Positions 23,954 through 32,010 of a stretch of 64,000 bases of DNA are shown one piece after another. Source of the DNA: Anaerolineales bacterium (lineage in GTDB: Bacteria; Chloroflexota; Anaerolineae; Anaerolineales; UBA11579); assembly GCA_021463845.1 (NCBI GenBank), contig JAJTXV010000001.1:518174-582173 (forward strand), in the 5' to 3' direction. Numbering within the stretch: position 1 is the first letter of the stretch; each line of letters opens with the position of its first letter. A program made the position numbers and the translations under genes. The notes below the pieces were generated by a model that was not told where the DNA came from, did no database searches, and saw only the letters and a list, made by a program, of their open reading frames with translations.

Positions 23954-26900
23954 AGCGCACTCACTTCCTGCGGTTGGTGGATCAAGTTCAGGGCGATCAC
24001 GGCGGCCAGCTGGCGCTGGATGCTGCGCTCACGTGGTGCCAGCTGGGCGGCCTTGCGCAGCGCGGCCTCGGCGGCGGTGTAGTCTTTGACATCTTTCAGC
24101 GCCTGGGCGGTCTGCAAGTGCGGCTGCGGGCTGTGCGGCGCGGCCGCGGCGGCCAGCTCAAAGGCATGGATGGCCTGCTTGAACTGGCGGCGGTTGAGGA
24201 ACACCTGGCCGCGCTCGATCTGGACTTCGCTGAGGTGCGGCGCCAGGGCGGCGGCTTCATCCAGGTGATGCAAGGATTGGTCCAGCTGGCCGCAGCTCTT
24301 GAGCAGCTTGCCCAGGTGCAGGTGCAGACGGGCTTGCTGCGGCAGCGGCAGCGTGTCGGCCTTCTTGGCGGCACGCTGGGCAGCCTGGATGGCGTCGAGG
24401 GTCTCGCCAGTGTTGGCCAGCATCTCGGACAGGGTCAGGTACACATCCGGGCGCTCGGTGTTGGCCTTGCTCAGGCGCAACACTTCGCTGAGGCCCTTCT
24501 CGGCCGGCAGCAGTTGAGCGCGACGCAACTGGATGGGCAGCTTGTCGGCCGCGTATTGCTCGGAGCGTTCGAGCACGGCCAGGGCATCGTCAACTTCGCC
24601 CATGGCGTGCAGGCACTCGGCGTACAGACTGAGGACGTGGCTGTCAGTGGGGGTCAGGCGCAGGGCGCTCTCGGCCAGGCTCTTGGCGGTGGCGGTGTCA
24701 GTATTGTGCAGGGCGATCTCGGCCTGCAGTACCAGCGCGGCGTTGGAATTGGGCGCCAGCTTGTGAGCGGCGGCGGCCTTCTCGCTGGCCTGTTTCAGGT
24801 TACCGGCCTGCTTGTAGGCCTGGGCCAACGCCAGCATGTATGCGCCAGACTTGGGCTGCAGCTTGGCGGCCTGCTCGAAGGCGTGCTGGGCCAGTGGATA
24901 CTGTTCAGCCTCGAGCTGGGCCTGGCCCAGTTCGAAGTGACGCTCGGCTTCGCCGGGCTGCATGGCTACGGCGTGCTCGAAGTAGTCGATGGCATCGGAC
25001 AATGCACCCGCCCGCTGCAGCAGCTTGCCGGCGAAGGCCTGCCACAGCGCTTGCACGGGGGAGAGGGCGATCGCCTGGCGGATGTGTTCCAGAGCGGTCT
25101 GGGCTTGGCCAGCCTGCTGGGCGAAGCGGGCGGCCAGCGCGTGGTACGGCGCGGTGTGAGGCTTCTGCTCCAACGCGCCCAGCATCCACTTCAGGGCGCT
25201 GCTGGCATCGGCATCGCCGAAGGCCAGGGCGCGCTCGACCAGGACTTCGGGCGAACGCCAAAAGCCTTTGGCGTTCGCCTCGACCGTGCGCAGGTCGCCG
25301 CGGGTGCGGGCGGCGTAGACCAGCGCGGCGGCTTCGCCGGCGCTGCTGGGGTAGCCGGTGGGCATGCTGGCTACGTCGGAGCCGGCGCCGAAGCGCAGGG
25401 CGGCGCGGGCCAGCCAGTGCTCCAGCTGGGCGCGGGCGGCCGCGAACGGCGCGGTGCTGAGCGCGGCGGAGAAGGCGGCGCGAGCGGCGGCATAGGCTTC
25501 GGCGCTGGTGGCGGCTTCGCCAGGGGCGCCGGACACGGTATCGCTGGCGGCGCACAGCTGCTGCCATTCGGCGCGGTGCACGATGGCCTTGCCGAGCGCG
25601 AACTGCGCCAGGGCCTGGCCGGGCACCAGCTTGACGGCCAATTGCAGCAGATTCACGGCGGCTTCATAGTTCATCACATTTTGAGAAGCACGTGCCAGGC
25701 TGATGAGGGTGAAGGCGTCTTGCGGTTCGCTGAACTTGTTGTTCACCATGTCCAGCGCAGTATTCAGGTAGTGCTCAGCCTGGGTGCGGTCAGCGCGGCG
25801 GGCGGCCAGCTGGGCTTGCAGCGCCAGCACGCGGGCCGACTGCGCTTCGCCTTCGAGGGCGGGCGCCAGCGCCTTGGCGGCGGACAGCTCTTCGTTGCTG
25901 TCGAGAGCCAGCTCGGCTTGCAGGCAGGCTAGCTCGGCCTGCGGGGCTTCGGCCAGCTTGGCTTCGGCCAGCAGGGAGCGGGCGCGCTCGGGTTGCAGGG
26001 TGGCGAGCGCAAGCTCGGCAGCCAGCAGCAGCAAGGGCTGGTGGGTCAGGTCGAGGTGGAAGGCTTTCTCGGCGGCGGTGAGGGCGGCAGCCCATTCGCC
26101 GGCGGCACGCAGCAGGCGGGCCTTGTTGGCCAGCAGGCCCAGATCATTGGGCATGCGTTCGATGGCTTGCTCAAGCGCCTCGAGGGCGGCCTGCGGGCGA
26201 CCTGCCGCCTGCAGTACGCGCGCCTTGCGGGCCAGCAGGGTGGGCTGGCCGGGCTCGGCGGCCAGACTCTTCTCAATGATAGCCAGCGCTTCGTTCCATT
26301 GCTGGCTGTGCTCGTAGGCTTCGGTCAGCGCGTCCAGCAGGGCGGGCGTCTCTTCCAGTTCGATGGCGCGCTTAAAATATGACACGCTGGTGGCGGCGGC
26401 GCGGCGCTCCAGCAGGAAGCGGCCGGCTTTGGCCAGCGCGGCGCTATTCGCGCTGCGCAGCAAGTTGGCCAGCGTGTCTACGGCTTTCTCGTGGGTGCCG
26501 TCCTGCCATTCCAGCTCGGCCAGGCGCAGCACATGGGCGGCCGAGCCGTGCTCGGCAATGCCCTTGCTGAGGGCGCGGCGGGCGTCTTCGCCCTTGCCGA
26601 GCGCTTCGGCCTGGTTGGCGAACCACAGCACATCCTGCTCGTGCTTGCCGCTGGTCATATAGACCTTGCTGGCGATCTGGAAGGCTTCTTCGGTGCGGCC
26701 GGCCTGGCTGTATGCCATGCACAGCGCGTGCAGTACGTCAGGGTCACCGGGGGAAGTGACATCCAGCGCTTCGAGGATGCTCAGCGCTTCCTCGTGCTCG
26801 CCCTGGCTGGCCTGGGCCAGAGCTTTGCCCAGGACCAGACGCTTGTTCCAGCCCGGCTCTTGGGCCAGGTCGGAGCGCAGGGCGGCTTCAAATTCGTGGA

Positions 26901-29076
26901 TGGCTTCGGTGTGCTTGCTCTGGGCGGCCAGCGCTTCGCCGAGCAGGGCGGTGGCCAGCGAGGAAGGGCGCATATCCAAGGCGGCGCGCAGCAGGGCCTC
27001 GGCTTCGACGGCGGCCTTGTTCAGTAGTTGGGCCTGGGCTGCATCCAGCAAGGCTTCTATATTGTTCGGCTCGGCCTGCAAGGTGACCTGCAGGGCGGCC
27101 AGCGCAGCGGGGGCTTCCTTGTGGGCCAGCAGCAGCTTGCCCAGCTCGTGTTGCAGGCCAGCGTGCTGTGGATACGTATTCACGCCGCGCTCCAGTGTGT
27201 GGCGGGCCTGGTTGGTGTGGCCGAGAGCGCGCTGCAGGCGGCCCAATTGCAGGGTGGCATTTTGGTTCAGTAGGTTGTTGGGCTGAGCAGTGGGCTCAGC
27301 CAATAACTCAACAGCTCGCGAGAAGGCGCCCAGGGCGGCCTCGTTCTCTTGCAGAGCCAAATAAATTTCACCCAGCAAATATTGCAGGTCGGCGCTGGGT
27401 TTGGTGAACTGCTGGGCATTGAAGAGCGTGTCACGGGCGGCCTGCACATCGCCCTGGTCGCGCAGCAGCTCGGCCAGCACGATCCAGGCCTCGTGCTGCG
27501 CCGGGGCCAGTTCGGTGGCGCGGCGCAAGTGCTCGACGGCGCTGTTGGCATCGCCCTGGGCTACGAGAGCCTTACCCATCACGGCGTGGGCGCCGCCGTG
27601 GGTGGCCTGCACGGCCAGCACGCGCTGGCAGGCCTGGATGCACTCAACCAACTGATCGGCGTCCAGCGCGGTCTGCGCCAGACCAAACAGGTCATCCAGA
27701 GTCGGCTCGGTCTCCTGCGCCATCACGGCCAGCCATTCGCTGTAGGCATCGGCGCCTTGCTGGTTGGCCTGCAACGCCTTGGCCAGTTGGCGGCGCAGGT
27801 CACTACGCTCCGGCGCCAGGGCGGCGGCCAGATGGGCGGCCTGCAGGGCGCGGTGGGGCTCGTTGCAAAGCGTCATCACGCGGCTCAGGAAGGCGGCGCT
27901 GTCGGCATCATTGGGAGCATGCTGCACAGCCAACTCTGCGGCCTGGCGGGCGGCTTCGCCCAATTTCAGATCAACAAAAATTTCGCCGAGTTGGCGCATC
28001 AAAGCGGCGTTCTCGCCCGCGGCGCTGTCTTGCGCGGCGGCCAGTGCGGCGGCGGCCATGCGCTGGGCTTCGGAAGCATCGCCGGACTTCAGCGCCACGC
28101 GGGCGGCAGCGATCAGGGCGGCGGGATGCTTGCTGCCGGCGCTCTTGGCAGCCGCGGCGGCGCTTTCCGGCAGGGCGGCCAGACCAGGGGCATCAGCATG
28201 CACGGCGGCGTTCTCGGCCAGCTTGCCGGCCAGTTCGGCCTGCACGCGTTGGGCCGCGCCCCAGGCGGCATGCAGCAGGGGGGCGGCTTCTTCCGGCTGA
28301 CCGCTGAGCTGGCGGATCTCGGCTTGCAGCAGCAAGCGTTCGATCTGGCTCAGTTCGCTGCCTTCGTCTTGTGGCGCAGTGTCCAGCTTGTGCAGTGCAA
28401 AGCGAGCTGCTTGCTGGGCTAGCGGCAGGTGCATGTGCGCCAGTTGGCGCAGCACAGATACGAATTGAGGGATGGGGTAGTCAGCAATGGTTTGCAGCAA
28501 CACCGCGCTTTGCTCATCCGCCGTTAGCGGATTGCTGGTGAGGGCGTGCAGGCCCAGCTTGTGCAGCTCGGCCTCCGGCGCGCTCAACAGGGCGGCCAGC
28601 AGATCCTGCGGCTCCGGCAGCATGCCGAACAGCACCGCCACTGGCAGCTTCCAGAATTCCGGCGAAGCAACGCTGAGATCCTGAGCCAACTGCTCCCAGC
28701 TGCCCAGGACGCGGCGACGCTCACGCAGGGCCAGCGCCAGCAGGGCGGCCAGCTCGACGGTGGGTGCAGCCTCTGCGCCTTGAGTGGATACTTGCTCATA
28801 GGCGCTGGCGGCCTGGTAGCGCAGCTTTTCCGCCACCGCCTCACGCAATTCCGCACGCAGCTCCGCATGCAGACCTGACTGGCCCAGACGCAGCAAGCCC
28901 AGAAAGGCCGGCGACCACGCATTGCGTTGGGCGCCGGCGGCTTCCAGGGCTTGCGCGCCAAAGTCGGCCTGCTGCAACTCAGCCCACAGGGTGGGCTCGT
29001 TGCGCAATGCGGCCACTACCAGCGGCCATTCACTTTGCGGCAGGCGGTTCTTGAGGTCTGCGATGAATGAGCTCAT
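23950..29076 (-). CDS. Giant tetratricopeptide-repeat protein (1,708 aa)
   Basis: After a ~250-aa unrecognised N-terminus, the whole length is Ala/Leu-rich 34-aa TPR-type helical hairpins (repeated A..Y/F..AL...P). Its stop overlaps the next gene's ATG (ATGA). Confidence 0.7.
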   Translation of the reverse strand: MSSFIADLKNRLPQSEWPLVVAALRNEPTLWAELQQADFGAQALEAAGAQRNAWSPAFLGLLRLGQSGLHAELRAELREAVAEKLRYQAASAYEQVSTQGAEAAPTVELAALLALALRERRRVLGSWEQLAQDLSVASPEFWKLPVAVLFGMLPEPQDLLAALLSAPEAELHKLGLHALTSNPLTADEQSAVLLQTIADYPIPQFVSVLRQLAHMHLPLAQQAARFALHKLDTAPQDEGSELSQIERLLLQAEIRQLSGQPEEAAPLLHAAWGAAQRVQAELAGKLAENAAVHADAPGLAALPESAAAAAKSAGSKHPAALIAAARVALKSGDASEAQRMAAAALAAAQDSAAGENAALMRQLGEIFVDLKLGEAARQAAELAVQHAPNDADSAAFLSRVMTLCNEPHRALQAAHLAAALAPERSDLRRQLAKALQANQQGADAYSEWLAVMAQETEPTLDDLFGLAQTALDADQLVECIQACQRVLAVQATHGGAHAVMGKALVAQGDANSAVEHLRRATELAPAQHEAWIVLAELLRDQGDVQAARDTLFNAQQFTKPSADLQYLLGEIYLALQENEAALGAFSRAVELLAEPTAQPNNLLNQNATLQLGRLQRALGHTNQARHTLERGVNTYPQHAGLQHELGKLLLAHKEAPAALAALQVTLQAEPNNIEALLDAAQAQLLNKAAVEAEALLRAALDMRPSSLATALLGEALAAQSKHTEAIHEFEAALRSDLAQEPGWNKRLVLGKALAQASQGEHEEALSILEALDVTSPGDPDVLHALCMAYSQAGRTEEAFQIASKVYMTSGKHEQDVLWFANQAEALGKGEDARRALSKGIAEHGSAAHVLRLAELEWQDGTHEKAVDTLANLLRSANSAALAKAGRFLLERRAAATSVSYFKRAIELEETPALLDALTEAYEHSQQWNEALAIIEKSLAAEPGQPTLLARKARVLQAAGRPQAALEALEQAIERMPNDLGLLANKARLLRAAGEWAAALTAAEKAFHLDLTHQPLLLLAAELALATLQPERARSLLAEAKLAEAPQAELACLQAELALDSNEELSAAKALAPALEGEAQSARVLALQAQLAARRADRTQAEHYLNTALDMVNNKFSEPQDAFTLISLARASQNVMNYEAAVNLLQLAVKLVPGQALAQFALGKAIVHRAEWQQLCAASDTVSGAPGEAATSAEAYAAARAAFSAALSTAPFAAARAQLEHWLARAALRFGAGSDVASMPTGYPSSAGEAAALVYAARTRGDLRTVEANAKGFWRSPEVLVERALAFGDADASSALKWMLGALEQKPHTAPYHALAARFAQQAGQAQTALEHIRQAIALSPVQALWQAFAGKLLQRAGALSDAIDYFEHAVAMQPGEAERHFELGQAQLEAEQYPLAQHAFEQAAKLQPKSGAYMLALAQAYKQAGNLKQASEKAAAAHKLAPNSNAALVLQAEIALHNTDTATAKSLAESALRLTPTDSHVLSLYAECLHAMGEVDDALAVLERSEQYAADKLPIQLRRAQLLPAEKGLSEVLRLSKANTERPDVYLTLSEMLANTGETLDAIQAAQRAAKKADTLPLPQQARLHLHLGKLLKSCGQLDQSLHHLDEAAALAPHLSEVQIERGQVFLNRRQFKQAIHAFELAAAAAPHSPQPHLQTAQALKDVKDYTAAEAALRKAAQLAPRERSIQRQLAAVIALNLIHQPQEVSAL

Positions 29077-29100
29077 GCGTACTTCCGTTTCTGTGATGGT

Positions 29101-29430
29101 TTAGGCCCAGTTGACTTGCAGAACGACCCAGAAGCCGCCGGCCATCAAAGCCAGGCCCAGCGAAGTCAGGAAAATGCCAACGCCGGTAGCGGTCTTGACC
29201 ATTTGCTGCACACCTTCAAGCAGTGCGCTGGCGCCGGTGACGAGCTGGGCTACATCCTCAGCAATGCCTTTTTGCACCAGCTGGGCGGTGTGCTTGCTCA
29301 GGTTTTTGACTTCCTTGCTGTGGGTGCGGGTGACAAGGATGAAAAGCCCCATGGCTAGGGCGCACATGCCAAAGAAGAACAGGGCGGCGGCCATCAACAG
29401 CAGGGTGTCAGATTGGTTCAGTACGTACAT
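29101..29430 (-). CDS. Small two-TM membrane protein, first gene of the TPR operon
   Basis: ORF 29101..29466. The start at ATG 29430 (MYVLNQ...) has a GGAGGA SD 4-5 nt upstream. It has two hydrophobic helices flanking an amphipathic segment. Confidence 0.5.
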   Translation of the reverse strand: MYVLNQSDTLLLMAAALFFFGMCALAMGLFILVTRTHSKEVKNLSKHTAQLVQKGIAEDVAQLVTGASALLEGVQQMVKTATGVGIFLTSLGLALMAGGFWVVLQVNWA

Positions 29431-29501
29431 GTCTTCCTCCGAGAAAAGACTAAAGTGAAACCCCATGTTGCAAGAAGCGTGCCTGTTCGGCCTGGCGGGA
29501 A

Positions 29502-29530
29502 TTGACGGGTGGGGGCGGATGGGCTAAAAT
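29502..29530 (+). promoter_or_regulatory. Sigma70-like promoter for L25/Ctc
   Basis: TTGACG (29502-29507), a 17-nt spacer, then TAAAAT (29525-29530). Confidence 0.5.
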
Positions 29531-29546
29531 TCGGCCTGCATTTCGA

Positions 29547-29588
29547 AAGTTGCAGGTGCAACTTACGTCTCCGCTACGGAGACGTTTT
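29547..29588 (+). promoter_or_regulatory. Two-hairpin leader of the L25 gene (second hairpin is terminator-like)
   Basis: P1 is aagttgca-gg-tgcaactt (29547-29564). P2 is acgtctccg-cta-cggagacgt (29565-29585), followed by TTTT. Confidence 0.4.
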
Positions 29589-29669
29589 CGCGGAATGGTC
29601 TAGCGGGATGATTGGTAACTGGCGCTGCGAGACTTGGCGTTGGTGAGAGGCGTCCCAAGGATGGATCGA

Positions 29670-30326
29670 ATGGAACGTTTCACTTTAAAGGCCACCAAGC
29701 GTGATGTGGTGGGCAAGAAGGTATCCAAGCTGCGCCGTGAGGGCAAACTGCCCGCGGTGCTGTATGGCCGCCATGTAGACAAGCCGATCGCGGTCACTTT
29801 GGACCGTGGCGAAACCTCAAAGGTTCTCAAGCGCATCAACTACTCCAGCCTGGTCTTGATCGACCTGGAGGGTGAGGAGCACAATGTGCTCGTGCGTGAT
29901 TTCCAGGTCGATGCGATCCTGCGCGATCTGACCCATGTCGATTTTCTGGTGGTGTCACTGACCGAGACCGTGCGCGCTGAAGTCAGCGTGGTGCTGGAAG
30001 GCAAGGCGCCTGTGATCAGCAACCTGGGCGGTCTGCTGGTGAACGGTCTGGAGCATGTGGAAGTGGAAGCGTTGCCGCAGGATCTGCCCGAGCGTTTCCA
30101 TGTTGATGTTTCCGGCCTGGAGAACTTTGGTGACGGCATCTTTGTGCGTGACCTGGTGGTGCCGGCGAATGTGACCGTGCTGAGCGACCCGGATGAACTG
30201 ATCGTGGTGGCCAGTGCGCCGGTGACGGAAGCCGAGAGCGCCCCGCGTGACGGCGCCCCGGCCGGCGATGCAGCTGCCCCCGCAGCTGCGGCTCCCGCGG
30301 CTGGCGGCGACGCCGACAAGAAATAG
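29670..30326 (+). CDS. rplY: 50S ribosomal protein L25/general stress protein Ctc
   Basis: ORF 29634..30326. The start MERFTLKATKRDVVGKKVSKLRREGKLPAVLYG is at 29670. It is the long Ctc form with an acidic/Ala-Pro tail. Confidence 0.85.
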   Translation: MERFTLKATKRDVVGKKVSKLRREGKLPAVLYGRHVDKPIAVTLDRGETSKVLKRINYSSLVLIDLEGEEHNVLVRDFQVDAILRDLTHVDFLVVSLTETVRAEVSVVLEGKAPVISNLGGLLVNGLEHVEVEALPQDLPERFHVDVSGLENFGDGIFVRDLVVPANVTVLSDPDELIVVASAPVTEAESAPRDGAPAGDAAAPAAAAPAAGGDADKK

Positions 30327-30355
30327 TGCGCCGCGAGCGGCGCGAGGTTGTGCAA

Positions 30356-30391
30356 ATAAAAAAGCCCGCCATTCGGCGGGCTTTTTTTTTA
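30356..30391. terminator. Bidirectional rho-independent terminator
   Basis: AAAAAAA-AGCCCGCC-ATTC-GGCGGGCT-TTTTTTTT, between convergent genes. Confidence 0.8.
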
Positions 30392-31081
30392 TGTGTCGCT
30401 TGGCTCCAGCAGGGTCTCGTGGACGCGGCCCGCTTTGCGTTGCAGCCGGTGAACGCGTGCGCCGCGGCCGAAGGCCAGCACCTTGTGCAACTTACCGTTG
30501 ATGTAGTGCACCGCGGCCAGGTCGTCAAGCGCAAGGCCGGCTTTGACAGCGCCAGCAGCGACCAGCTTGCGGAAGGTAGGGCGGCGGCCAGCTTCGCTAT
30601 CGTAGTGCGGACAGCAGCTGCCGGGTAGCCAGCCCAAGCAGTCCATAGGTAACAGCTTGCCAGGTACGGAGTCGGTGATTCCTTGTTCAAACCAACAGAT
30701 GGCGCCGGCGCTGCCGCCTGCCAGCACGGTGCCGCGGGTGTACGCGGTATGCAGGGCTTCGTCCACGCCCCAGGCGCGCCACAACGCCAGCATGTTGCGC
30801 GTGTTACCGCCGCCGACCCAGATCAGGTCTTGCGCCAGCAACAGCTTGCTGACATCAGCGGTATTGGGCTGGATCAGGGTGAGATGCGAGACGCGCGCGC
30901 CAAGCTGACTGAAGGCGCGCGTCACGCGGGTGATATGGCGGGGCAGGTCGCCGCCGGCGGTAGGCAGGAAGCAGACGCGCGGTGCGCGCGCTTGAGTGGC
31001 GGCCAGCAGGTAGCGCTCCAGTGGCGCGCCGCGGCGGCCAATGGCTTTGGAGCCTGCGCCCACCGCGATGATCTGTTGCAT
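30389..31081 (-). CDS. Peptidase S51 family (dipeptidase E/cyanophycinase-like)
   Basis: 230 aa. CFLPTAGGD...LIWVGGGNTRNMLALW...VLAGGSAGAICWFE is typical of the S51 Ser-His-Glu hydrolases. Confidence 0.7.
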   Translation of the reverse strand: MQQIIAVGAGSKAIGRRGAPLERYLLAATQARAPRVCFLPTAGGDLPRHITRVTRAFSQLGARVSHLTLIQPNTADVSKLLLAQDLIWVGGGNTRNMLALWRAWGVDEALHTAYTRGTVLAGGSAGAICWFEQGITDSVPGKLLPMDCLGWLPGSCCPHYDSEAGRRPTFRKLVAAGAVKAGLALDDLAAVHYINGKLHKVLAFGRGARVHRLQRKAGRVHETLLEPSDT

Positions 31082-31084
31082 GAA

Positions 31085-31879
31085 CTAGAGAGTGGGGTGC
31101 TGCACGGCGAAGGCGGCCTGCAGGAAGGCTAGTACGCGCTCCGGGCCGTCAGCCTTGGCGGCCACTTCACTATACGGCAGCAGGGCACCGTGCCAGCCGC
31201 CCGTGTTCCAGCGGGCGCCAGCCGGCAAAGCCTGCTGGCCTAGCGCTTTGTCGAACGGGTGCGGGCTGACATAGAAATACTCATTGCCCGGCTGAGTGGA
31301 AAGGCCAAAGGTGATGGTCTTGTCATCGCCATTGACCGGGGTCACGAAGGACAGATCAAACATGCGCGGCCACAATTGGACTACGTCAGAAGCCTGGCCC
31401 AACTGCTTGCGGGCATCTTCGAAGATCTGGTTGGCCAGCCGCAGAGTGGCCAGGAAGCGCTCGGCATCGTCGAGGGCATAGTCACGCTTGGCGTCGCTGC
31501 TGTAGCTCTTGGCGGGCACTTTGCCCTGCACGCCGAGCTCGGCCAGGCGGGCGATCAGTTCGTTGCCGAGCTGCGTGCCGCTGAGCCCTTCGCTCAGGCG
31601 CAGCTGCTGGACATGGCCGCCGCTGGTGCTGAGGATGAAGTAGTGATTGCGCAAATCGAGGCTCAGGGCGAAGGTCTGGGCCGGATCCTCGGGAAATGAG
31701 ATGGGCGTGGTAGTGAGGCCGGAGGTGTAGACGCGCAGGCCGAGGTGGCCGTGGCGCGGCTGCTCGGCGGTGAAGGCGGCGCGGATGGCGCTGGCCACTT
31801 TGCAGTAGGCGTGCAGCGTATCGCGCGTGCCGCGCCAATCGTCAAGAACGGGGAATTGAGATTTGTCTTCGCGAGCCAT
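31085..31879 (-). CDS. Conserved hypothetical protein (DUF5996-like)
   Basis: 264 aa. The W.GTRDTLHAYCKV...IR opening resembles my recollection of DUF5996. The family assignment is weak. Confidence 0.4.
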   Translation of the reverse strand: MAREDKSQFPVLDDWRGTRDTLHAYCKVASAIRAAFTAEQPRHGHLGLRVYTSGLTTTPISFPEDPAQTFALSLDLRNHYFILSTSGGHVQQLRLSEGLSGTQLGNELIARLAELGVQGKVPAKSYSSDAKRDYALDDAERFLATLRLANQIFEDARKQLGQASDVVQLWPRMFDLSFVTPVNGDDKTITFGLSTQPGNEYFYVSPHPFDKALGQQALPAGARWNTGGWHGALLPYSEVAAKADGPERVLAFLQAAFAVQHPTL

Positions 31880-31915
31880 AGCAACCCAATATTACTATAG
31901 CTGTTGCCGAAACCT

Positions 31916-31990
31916 TAACCACAAAGACACGAAGGACACAAAGAACTGCATTGAAGGGTTCACTTTGTGCTCTTCGTGTCTTTGTGGTTA
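31916..31990. repeat. Imperfect 28-bp inverted repeat (hairpin element) in the divergent tkt upstream region
   Basis: taaccacaaagacacgaaggacacaaag (31916-31943) pairs with ctttgtgctcttcgtgtctttgtggtta (31963-31990). There are 2 mismatches and a 19-nt loop. Confidence 0.85.
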
Positions 31991-32010
31991 GAATTGCCTT
32001 TATAGATGCC

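Noticed and set aside
29518-29531. Identical 14-mer GATGGGCTAAAATT at 29518-29531 (L25 promoter) and 60293-60306 (upstream of ku), considered as a shared regulatory box.
   Set aside because: By my rough estimate, several exact 14-mer matches are expected by chance among all position pairs in 64 kb. The ku copy lacks a convincing -35 hexamer at 16-18 nt. I keep it only as a coincidence to re-examine if genome-wide enrichment is found.
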